Positions 1 to 9,291 of a DNA stretch of 64,000 nt are shown piece by piece. Each line of letters opens with the position of its first letter. The first letter of the stretch is position 1. The notes below the pieces were generated by a model, which ran no database searches, was not told the origin of the DNA, and saw nothing but the letters and a program-made list of their open reading frames with translations. Source of the stretch: Mobula hypostoma (Eukaryota); contig NC_086098.1 in the NCBI RefSeq assembly GCF_963921235.1, forward strand, positions 1,488,001 through 1,552,000, given 5' to 3'. A program made the position numbers and the translations under genes.

Positions 1-170
1 TATGCTGGTTAATCGAGCTCGATTTCAACGTTTAAGAAAGTTTGGATATGTACGTGGATGGTAGGGGTATGGTCCCTGTGCAGGTCAATGACAGTAGGCA
101 GTTTAAATGGTTCGGTACAGACAAGATGGACCGAAGGGCCTGTTTTTGTCCTGTACTTTTCTAGGACTCA
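1..170 (+). mobile_element. CR1 LINE 3' end fragment
   Basis: Degenerate CR1 ORF2 end (ttggatatgtacgtggat) and 3' UTR (ccgaagggcctgttt...tgtac) resembling the other CR1 3' ends in the window. Confidence 0.65.
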
Positions 171-299
171 ATGCCTCTAACCTTCAAGGACGTCAAACAT
201 CAAGATATAAACAGAGAGAAATAAAACAGACAGTTTAAAGTATCCCGCATAATCGCGAAAGGCCAAATGGCTTCTTTCGGCCCGGTCGTCTGGAATTGT

Positions 300-566
300 G
301 TTATTCGCTCAGGAGCCACCGCTGAGCGCATCTACAGGGGGCGCTGTCGGAGGAAAGCAGCATCCATAATCGGGGCGCCCTACCATCCGGGCCATGCTCT
401 GCTTTCGCTGCTGCCACCAGGGAGGAATTACAGGAGCCCGGGCACCCGCACCACCGGGTCCAGGAGCAGTTATTAGCCCTCAACCATCAGGCTCCTGAAC
501 CAGAGGGGGGTAACTTCACTCACCCCAACACTGAACTAGTCCCACAACCCATGGACTCACTTTCAA
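300..566 (+). mobile_element. Rex1/Babar-type LINE 3' fragment
   Basis: Encodes RCRRKAASII..PYHPGHALLSLLPPGRNYRS..TRTT, the C-terminal motif also seen at 17376-17804 (-), followed by the ggactcactttcaa UTR. Confidence 0.7.
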
Positions 567-730
567 TCGTTTATTCAAGACAGTTCTCATCGCTTGGTCC
601 AGTGCAAAGTACCTCAATATGCTGGCTATGATCGAAGTTAGTGAAAAGCTGCTACACTCGAATCATGTTCTGTACTGTACTGCCAAATGGATTCTGAGTC
701 AATGTGTGCGCCTGCATCCTATCAATCCCT

Positions 731-1030
731 TTAGCGTGTCAGCGCGCTTTTAATTCTCTGTTGGGGCGACAGTGCGGTTTTAATTCTCTTTTGGAGTGGC
801 AGCGCGGTTTTAATTCACTGCTGGCGTGAGAGTGCGGTTTTAATTCTCTGTTAGAGTGGCAGTGAGGTTTAATTCGCTGTTAGAGTGACAGTGCGGTTTT
901 AATTCTCTGCTGGCGTGACAGTGCGGTTTTAATTCACTGCTGGCGTGACAGTGGGGTTTTAATTCTCTATTAGAGTGGCAGTGCGCTTTTAATTCTCTGT
1001 TAGATCGGCAGTGCGGTTTTAATTCACTGT
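731..1030. repeat. 30-bp minisatellite, ~10 copies, consensus TTTTAATTCTCTGTTAGAGTGGCAGTGCGG
   Basis: tttaattc recurs every ~30 bp from 748 to 1026. Confidence 0.9.
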
Positions 1031-1276
1031 AGCCATTGTCCTATTTATTGTGGAAGCTTTTAATTATTCTCGCTGAACATACGCCGGTTTTCTGTCACCG
1101 GTTATAGGTTGATGTAAACAGAAGCACGACTGAAGAAGAACCAGCACACTTGCTCTATTTTACACGTCAACCCACACGGATAAAATCAGGACAAGTGTCA
1201 TTTTGTTCTGACAATTGATATGCCCTTCCGGCCCAATAAGCCTGCGCCGCCCAATTACATCCACGTAAGCAATTAA

Positions 1277-1420
1277 CACACACAAAATGCTGCAGGAACT
1301 CAGCAGGCCAGGCAGCATCTATAGAAAAAATATAGTCAACGTTTCGGGCCGCAAAGTCCCTCCAGCATTGTGTGTGTGTTGCTCAGAGTTCAAGCATCTG
1401 CAGATTTTATTTGTTTGTCT
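1277..1420. mobile_element. Penelope-like terminal-repeat fragment with fold-back ends
   Basis: acacacaaaatgctgcagga... is followed by its near reverse complement ...ctccagcattgtgtgtgtgtt; same family as 7722-7850 and 26885-27005. Confidence 0.7.
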
Positions 1421-1454
1421 AGTAACCACTTAACCTTTCCTCACCTTATTCTGG

Positions 1455-1560
1455 CTTCTTCCGGGTGAAGCGTCTGGGCCGAAACGTCCATAGATGATAC
1501 CCGACCTGCTGAGTTCCTCCCGCATTTTGACTGCGTTCGTTACTCTGGATTTCCAGCAGC
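1455..1560 (+). mobile_element. Degenerate Penelope-like terminal repeat
   Basis: gggccgaaacgtc...cctgctgagttcctcc.gcattttg...ctggatttccagca matches the PLE terminal repeats elsewhere in the window. Confidence 0.6.
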
Positions 1561-1589
1561 CCTTGGGTGTTTTATTGTTTATAATGGTG

Positions 1590-1985
1590 GCACCACAATC
1601 TGGTATGGAGGGATCACTGCACGGGATCGGGAAAAGCAGCAGGAAGCGGCAACACACATCAAAGTTGCTGGTGAACGCAGCAGGCCAGGCAGCATCTATA
1701 GGAAGAGGCGCAGTCGACGTTTCAGGCCGAGACCCTTCGTCAGGAAGCGGCAGACCACACCAACTCCACCATGGGCACCAGCCTCTCCAAAGTCGACGAC
1801 ATCGAAAGACCTCAAAAAGGCAGCATCAATCAGTAAGGACCACCATCACACAGGACATGTCCTCTTTGCATTGCTATCATCACGTAGGAGCTGCAGAAGC
1901 CTGAAGACCCGCTTCCAAGTTTCAAGAACAGCCTCTTCTCCTCCGCCGTCGGGTTTCTGAATGGACCACGAACTCACGTACATTA
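1590..1985 (+). mobile_element. Rex1/Babar-type LINE 3' fragment, interrupted by a PLE insert
   Basis: Degenerate WYG...MGTSL...KKAASI.KD.HH.GH.LF.LL...RSLKT.....NS.F coding remnant. Confidence 0.65.
1652..1740 (-). mobile_element. Short Penelope-like terminal-repeat insertion with hammerhead motif
   Basis: Minus strand reads (c)tgacgaagggtctcggcctgaaacgtcgactg...; flanked by direct repeat CAGGAAGCGGCA at 1640-1651 and 1741-1752. Confidence 0.75.
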
Positions 1986-2975
1986 CCTTAGTATTTTTTT
2001 GCGATATGGGATTGAACTCGCAGTATGAAAACGTTATTCTTACTTCAGTTCTTTCTGAAGTACACACAGAGGACGTCGACTTGAATCGAAGCGACAGTTA
2101 CAATCACATCATTTCTGTATCTCAGAGCACAGCGGCCACCTTCACTCCGCGCCAATGCTTTGCCCGCGGCATTGCTAGCGGGGCTAACGACCGGACATCC
2201 CACTCAGCTGGGACTGGCAACGGCATCTCCTCCACAATCTCCATAGCACAGGTGCACCACAAGCTGTCTACTTAGCCCCTGTTCTACTCGCTTTACACTT
2301 ATAACTGCGGGGCTAAGAGTTCCAATGCCATATTTAACTTTGCTTTGGTAGGCTGAATCAGCATACTGTATAGAGGGAGATTGAAAATCTGGCGGAGTAG
2401 TGCCACAACAACTTCTCACTCAACATCAGCAAGACCAGGGAGATCATCACTGCCTTCAGGAGGAGGAAACCGGTGGTCCAGGAGGATCAGAAGTGAGAGG
2501 GTTAGCATCTTTAAACTCCTCGGTGTTATTATTTCAGAAGTTCGGTCCTGGGCCCAGCAATTAAGCGCCATTACGAAGAAAAGCAAAGCAGCGCCTCTAC
2601 CTTCTTAAGAGTTCGCGAAGATATCGGCGTGACATTTAAAACTTCTATAGATGTGTAGTGGAGAGTATATTGACTGGCTGCATCACAGCCTGGTATTGAA
2701 ACTCCAGTGCCCTTGAACGGAAAATCCTCCGAAAGATAGTGGCCCAGTCCATGATTTATAAAACCCTCTCACCACTGACGGCATCTACACGACGAACGTT
2801 GTCAACAGAAAGCAGCAACCATCGTCTGGACTACCATCCAGGACACACATTGTGCTCTTCTCGCTGCTGCCAACAGCAAGAAGATACATGAACCTTAGGG
2901 CTCACACCACCGGGTGAGGGGGGTGGGCAATTATTACCCCTCACCCTTTAGGCTCTTGAAGGAAAGAGATTCACT

Positions 2976-3121
2976 AAAAGGAGAAAATCTGCAAATACTG
3001 GAAATCCAAATAACACACATGAGCAGTCCTGATGAACGGTTTCGGCTGGAAACGTCGACTGTTCACTCATTTCCATGGATGCTGCCTGGCTTGCTGAGTT
3101 CCTCCAGCATTTTGTGTGTGT
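2976..3121 (+). mobile_element. Penelope-like terminal repeat with inverted 5' piece
   Basis: A minus-oriented end (aaaatctgcaaatactggaaatccaa) is joined to a plus-oriented repeat carrying a hammerhead core. Confidence 0.75.
3021..3064 (+). ncRNA. Minimal type I hammerhead ribozyme motif (PLE-associated)
   Basis: GAGCAGUC-CUGAUGA-a-CGGU(UUCG)GCUG-GAAA-C-GUC^GACUGUUC: 8-bp stem I, conserved core, loopless palindromic ACGU stem III. Confidence 0.65.
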
Positions 3122-3594
3122 AACGCCAGTCAGTTTCACTTGCCCCATCACTGAAATGTTCCAGCAACCTATGGACTCACTTTCAAGGACTTTACATCTC
3201 ATGCTTTCGATATTTATTGGTTATTTATTATTATAACTATTTCTATATCTTTTTAATTTGTACATTATGTTTTTATCTTGCACATTACTTGTTTGTCCAG
3301 TTGGCTATGGTCTTTCACTGATCCCATTGTGTTACTCGTAGTTACTGTGAACGCTCACAAGAAAATGAATCTCAGATTTGTACATAGTGACATATACGGA
3401 CCTTGGTAATTAATTTACTCTGAACTTTTAAAATATTCAGGGACCTTTGGAGAGAAACATGAAACCCAAAGTGCGGGCACTTATTGTGGTAATATAATGC
3501 ATATAAAAAGCCCGCATCCCTTTGGTCTGTGAGCAGGCTGAACGATAACAGTGGCGATTGCATCTTTCAGATTAGACTGGATATGTTGGATATT

Positions 3595-4012
3595 CGTACA
3601 AGCCCCCAACATCCAGGTAATGCTCACTTCTCGCTGCTTCTTCCGGAAGGAGGTGCAGGAGCCTCGGGTCTCATGCCAGTTCAGGAACAGTTGTTACCCC
3701 TCAGCCACCAGGCCCCTGAAACGGCGTGGATAGTTTCCCTCGCCACAACACTGAACTGGTTACGCAACCTATGACTCCCTTTCAAGGACTCTACAACTCG
3801 TATTCGCAATATTAGTCACCACTTATTGATTATTATTATGTTTTTCTCTTTGTATTTGTAAACTGGTTGTCTCTTGCAGATTGTTTATCCGTCTTGTGTG
3901 TGGCTTTTCGTTGATTCCATTGAGTATATTTGTACTTACTGAAAATGCCCACAAGTAAATGAATCTCAGGTTTCTATATGGTGACGTACAGTATATGCAT
4001 CTTGCACTTTGA
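3595..4012 (+). mobile_element. Rex1/Babar-type LINE 3' fragment
   Basis: PQHPGNAHFSLLLP...FRNSCYPSATRPL remnant and the same UTR as 300-566 and 3122-3430. Confidence 0.65.
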
Positions 4013-4071
4013 AATGTGATGAAAAGTTTTTTTCTCGTTATTTGGGGACTAGGATTTTTCCTTTCACTAAA

Positions 4072-6815
4072 TCCAAGGATACACGGTGTATCAGAAGGAT
4101 AGGAAGGTAGGCAGAGGGGGAGGCATGGCTTTATTGGTAAGAAATGATATTAAATCATTAGAAAGAGGTGATATAAGATCGGAAGGTGCAGAATCTTTAT
4201 GGATTGAGCTAAGAAACAGCAGGGGTAAAAGGACCCTGATGGCAGTTATTTATAGGCCTCCAAACAGCTGCAGGGATGTGGACTACAAATTACAACTGGA
4301 AATAGAAAAGGCTTGTCAGAAGGGCAGTGTTATGATAATTGTGGGGGATTTTAACATGCGAGTGGATTGGGAAAATCAGGTCGGCACTGGATCTCAAGAG
4401 AGAGAATTTGTAGAATGTCTGCGAGATGGCTTTTTAGAACAGCTTGTTGTTGAGCCCACTAGGGGATCGGCTGTACTGGATTGGGTATTGTGTAATGAAC
4501 CGGAGATGATTAGAGAGATTGAGGTGAAGGAACTCTTAGGAGACAGTGATCATAACATGATTGAGTTCACTCTGAAATCTGAAAAAGAGAAGCCGGAATC
4601 TGATGTGTCGGTATTTCAGTGGAGAAAAGGAAATTACAGTGGCATGAGAGAGGAACTGGCCAAAGTTGACTGGAAAGGGACACTGGCGGGAAAGACAGCA
4701 GAGCAGCAGTGGCTGGAGTTTATGTGAGAAATGAGGAAGGTGCAAGACAGGTATATTCCAAAAAAAGAAGGAATTTTCGAGTGGAAAAAAGATGCAACCG
4801 TGGTTGACAAGAGAAGTCAAACCCAAAGTTAAAGCAAAGGAGAGGGCATACATGGAAGCAAAAATTAGCGGGAAGACAGAGGATTGGGAAGTTTTTAAAA
4901 CCTTACAAAAAGAAACTAAGAAGGTCAGTAAGAGGGAAAAGATTAACTATGAAAGGAAGCTAGCAAATAATATCAAAGAGGATACTAAAAGCATTTTCAA
5001 GTATATAAAGAGTAAAAGACAGGTGAGAGTAGATATAGGACTGATAGACAATGATGCTGGAGAAATTATAATGGGAGATAAGGAGATGGCAGAGGAACTG
5101 AACGAGTATTTTGCATCAGTCTTCACTGAGGAAGACATCAGCAGTATACCGGACACTCAAGGGTGGCAGGGAAGAGAAGTGTGCGCAGTCACAATTACGA
5201 CAGAGAAAGTACTCAGGAAGCTGAATAGTCTAAAGGTAGATAAATCTCCCGGACCAGATGGAATGCACCCGCGTGTTCTGAAGGAAGTAGCTGTGGAGAT
5301 TGCGGAGGCATTAGCGATGATCTTTCAAAAGTCGATAGATTCTGGCATGGTTCCGGAGGACTGGAAGATTGCAAATGTCACTCCGCTATTTAAGAAGGGG
5401 GCAAGGAAGCAAAAAGGAAATTATAGACCTGTTAGCTTGACATCAGTAATTGGGAAGTTGTTGGAGTCGATTGTCAAGGATGAGGTTACAGAGTACCTGG
5501 AGGCATATGACAAGATAGGCAGAACTCAGCATGGATTCCTTAAAGGAAAATCCTGCCTGACAAACCTATTACAATTTTTTGAGGAAATTACCAGTAGGCT
5601 AGACAAGGGAGATGCAGTGGATGTTGTATATTTGGATTTCCAGAAGGCCTTTGACAAGGTGCCACACATGAGACTACTTAACAAGATAAGAGCCCATGGA
5701 ATTACGGGAAAGTTACATACGTGGATAGAGCGTTGGCTGATTGGCAGGAAACAGAGAGTGGGAATAAAGGGATCCTATTCTGTTTGGCTGCCGGTTACCA
5801 GTGGTGTTCCGCAGGGGTCCGTGTTGGAGCTGCTTCTTTTTATATTGTACATCAACGATTTGGATTATGGAATAGATGGCTTTGTGGCTAAGTTTGCTGA
5901 CGATACAAAGATAGGTGAAGGGGCCGGTAGTGCTGAGGAAATGGAGAGTCTGCAGAGAGACTTGGATAGATTGGAAGAATGGGCAAAGAAGTGGTAAATG
6001 AAGTACAATGTTGGAAAGTGTATGGTTATGCACTTTGGCAGAAAAAATAAACGGGCAGTCTATTATTTAAATGGGGAAAGAATTCAAAGTTCTGAGATGT
6101 AACGGGACTTGGGAGTCCTCGTACAGGATACCCTTAAAGTTAACCTCCAGGTTGAGTCAGTAGTGAAAAAGGCGAATGCAATGTTGGCATTCATTTCTAG
6201 AGGAATAGAGTATAGGAGCAGCGATGTGATGTTGAGGCTCTATAAGGCGCTGGTGAGACCTCACTTGGAGTACTGTGGGCAGTTTTGGTCTCCTTATTTA
6301 AGAAAGGATGTGCTGACGTTGGAGAGGGTACAGAGAAGATTCACTAGAATGATTCCAGGAATGAGAGCGTTAACATATGAGGAACGTTTGTCCGCTCTTG
6401 GACTGTATTCCTTGGAGTTTAGAAGAATGAGGGGAGACCTCATAGAAACATTTCGAATGTTGAAAGGCATGGACAGAGTGGATGTGGCAAAGTTGTTTCC
6501 CATGATGGGGGAGTCTTGTACGAGAGGGCATGACTTAAGGATTGAAGGGCGCCCATTCAGAACAGAAAGGCGAAGAATTTTTTTTTAGAGGGCGGTGAAT
6601 CTATGGAATTTGTTGCCACGGGCATCAGTGGAGGCCAAGTCATTGGATGTATTTAAGGCAGAGATTGATAGGTATCTGAGTAGCCCGGGCATCAAAGGTT
6701 ATGGTGAGAAGGTGGAGGAGTGGGACTAAATTGGAGAAAGAATCAGCTCATGATAAAATAGCGGAGCAGACTCGATGAGCCGAATGGCCGACTTCTGCTC
6801 CTTTGTCTTATGGTG
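4072..6815 (+). mobile_element. CR1 LINE, 5'-truncated ORF2 (APE endonuclease + RT), pseudogenised
   Basis: APE motifs RGGG.ALL, YRPP, GDFN, SDH; RT motifs YRPVSLTS, QHGF, DFQKAFD, GVPQGS, FADD; stops at 4725-4727, 5995-5997 and ~6100 plus a frameshift; CR1 3' UTR ending cttatggt. Confidence 0.95.
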
Positions 6816-6970
6816 TGTAAATATGGGTAATCTACACGATTGCACGACGAAACTGAGAGAAAACAAAACAGAGAAAAAGAAATCCGCGCTCGATTCAACG
6901 TCCCAGATCGAGAACGCGGGAATTTGCAGGCTGTGATTAATCATAAGCAAAGGGGATAGAGTTCGCTCAC

Positions 6971-7031
6971 TTTCAACCGTTTATCCTCCAGACAGTGTTT
7001 CTCCTGTGCCCCCACTCCGCTTCCATTACGT
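6971..7031 (-). other. Candidate 61-bp internal exon of an unidentified gene
   Basis: Minus strand: polypyrimidine tract ctttatttttttccctcctcccAG, a stop-free phase reading (x)RNGSGVGAQEKHCLEDKRLK, then GTGAG donor; lies in non-repetitive DNA. Confidence 0.3.
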
Positions 7032-7721
7032 CTGGGAGGAGGGAAAAAAATAAAGATGATATTTTGCGATTCCATTGTAATAACTAAATTTTATCAAAAA
7101 GTTCTCCGAAATCCGATGCCAAACACGACGGAGCTGCAAAGTAATTGATCCAATTAGCATTAGCAAGCGGATTGCTGTGAAAGAGGCAGGGAGTGGACCG
7201 AACTCCGGATGGAACATCTCCGAAAACGAGTGGAAGCCGAAACCGAGATTAAGCGCCATGAAGGGTAGGTGACACATGGCTTCCTGGAAGTGTATCTCCC
7301 TGAGAATTGCTTCTTATAAGGAGAAACTGCTTCAGTTGTTCATGTGAAAGAGATAAGTTATTATATCCTATAAGGCATCTCACGCAAACCTCTGCCCGCG
7401 AAGACCTTCAGGTGGGAAAAGGGAATCATATTGGACGACGATCTACTTGGGAGGATATTTGAGAGCAGGTCCGCCGGCAAGTTCAGTGTGTTCACAGTAC
7501 CGAAGTTGCGTCGGGTGTTAAGCAGCTGCCCAGCTCCGCTATCTAGGGGAATCATCCTGGAGCCGTTATTAAAGAGAATTACACCTCTCATCCTTGCTGC
7601 CAGACGCACCCCACCAGCGGCAAGCCCGAAAGGTCTCAACGATTGTAGCAAAATAACAATTATAAAAGAAACGTTCATTCCCTATTTTTCTCACAGAACT
7701 TAACGCGTTTTCATTAAAAAC

Positions 7722-8184
7722 AAGGGGAAATCTGCCGATGATGGAAATCCAAGCAACACACACAAAATGCTGGAGAACTCAGCAGGCCGGGCAGCGTCTA
7801 TGGAGAGGAGCACAGTGGACGTTTCGGACGGAGGGTCTTCAGCAGGACTGGAGAAAAAAGGATGAGTAGATTTAAAAGGTGGATGGGGGAGAGAGAAACA
7901 CAAGGTGATAGATGAAACTGGAAGGGGAGGGATGAAGTAAAGAGCTAGGAAGTTGAAGGTGAAAGAGATACAGGGCTGGAGAAGGGGGAGTGTAATAGGA
8001 CAGGACAGAAGGCCATGGTAGAAAGAAAAGGGGGAGAGCACCAGAGAGAGGCTTGAGCAGTCAAGGAGATGAGGTGACAGAGGGGAAAGGGGACGATGAA
8101 TGGTGAGGAGAGAGCATTACTGGAAGTTTGTGAATTTGATGTTCATATCATCAGGTTGGAGGCCACCCACTCAGAATATAAGGT
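7722..8184 (-). mobile_element. Penelope-like element 3' end (terminal repeat, pyrimidine-rich UTR, end of the endonuclease ORF)
   Basis: Terminal repeat with mutated hammerhead (ctgctgaa...gaaacgtc); QPD.MNIKFTNF-like end at 8120-8180. Confidence 0.75.
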
Positions 8185-8921
8185 AAACACGAGGAAGTCT
8201 GCAGATACTGGAATTTCAAGCAACACACATAAAAAATGCTGGTGAACGCAGCAGGCCATGCAGCATCTATAGGAAGAGGTACAGTCGACGTTTTGGGCCG
8301 AGACCCTTCGTCAGGACTAACTGAAAGAAGAGAAAGAAAGAGATTTGAAAGTGGGAGGGGGAGGGGGAGATCCAAAATGATAGGAGAAGACAGGAGGGGG
8401 AGGGATGGAGCTAAGAGCTGGAAAGTTGATTGAGAAAAGGGATACGAGGCTGGAGAAGGGAAAGGATCATGGGACGGGAGGCCTAGGGAGAAAGAAAGGG
8501 GAGGGGAGCCCAGAGGATGGGCAAGGAGTTATAGTGAGAGGGACAGAGGGAGAAAAAAAAATAAGCGATGGGGTACGAGGGGGAGGTGGGGCATTAACGG
8601 AAGTTAGAGAAGTCAATGTTCATGCCATCAGGTTGGAGGCTACCCAGACGGAATATAAGGTGTTGTTCCTCCAGCCCGAGTGTGGCTTCATCTTGACAGT
8701 AGAGGAGGCCGTGGACAGACATATCAGAATGGGAATGGGATGTGGAATTAAAATCTGTGGCCACTGGGAGATCCTGCTTTCTCTGGCGAACAGAGCGTAG
8801 GTGTTCAGCAAAAACGGTCTTGTAGCCTGCGTTGGGTCTTGCCAATATATAGAAGGCCACACCGGGAGTACTGGACGCAGTATATCACCCCAGCTGACTC
8901 ACAGGTGAAGTGTCGCCTTGC
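8185..8921 (-). mobile_element. Penelope-like element 3' part with GIY-YIG endonuclease remnant
   Basis: Minus strand HFTCESAGVIYCVQYSRCGLLYIGKT, then (frameshift) FAEHLRSVR...PVATDFNS.SHS...EEQHLIFRLGSLQPDGMNIDFSNF; terminal repeat with hammerhead motif at 8282-8319. Confidence 0.88.
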
Positions 8922-9291
8922 TATGTCAGATCAGAGTCTTTCTTAAGAAGAGTATGGAGAGCTGTGGTTTGGGGGCAATTTGATGTGACCAGGTAGAATA
9001 ATAGTTCAGTTTAGACTTGATGGGCCAAAGGTCCTCTTTCTGTGTTGTGGTTTTTCACCAACGTCTATGACTTCTATGTTCATTTTGCTTTGTTTTCTTA
9101 ATATTAATCTTATCAAGTTAGAAAAGCATTCAACAGAAAAAACAGTTACCCAAACAATTATATAATCAGGGGTTTCTTGTATTTCTGAAACAAAGAAATA
9201 TATTGTAAATCATGTTTGCATTATTTATTTATTACATTTCTTATTGTAACTTTATATTTTATTATTGCAATGTACTGCTGCTACAAAACAA

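Larger units (their letters stand above)
2190..3430 (+). mobile_element. Rex1/Babar-type LINE, degenerate RT to 3' UTR, interrupted by a PLE at ~2976-3121
   Basis: agcacaggtgcaccacaa...cttagcccctgttctactcgctttacacttat is an STGAPQGCVLSPLLYSLYT remnant; gtggagagtatattgactggctgcatcacagcctggtat encodes VESILTGCITAWY; AT-rich 3' UTR follows. Confidence 0.75.

Noticed and set aside
7361..7703. Overlapping short ORFs (105 aa on minus, 90 aa on plus) in the unique island
   Set aside because: No recognisable domain, and lengths are compatible with chance.
8282..8319. Functional hammerhead ribozyme in the GIY-YIG-bearing PLE
   Set aside because: The conserved GAAA reads AAAA (catalytic G12 lost), so this copy is probably inactive.
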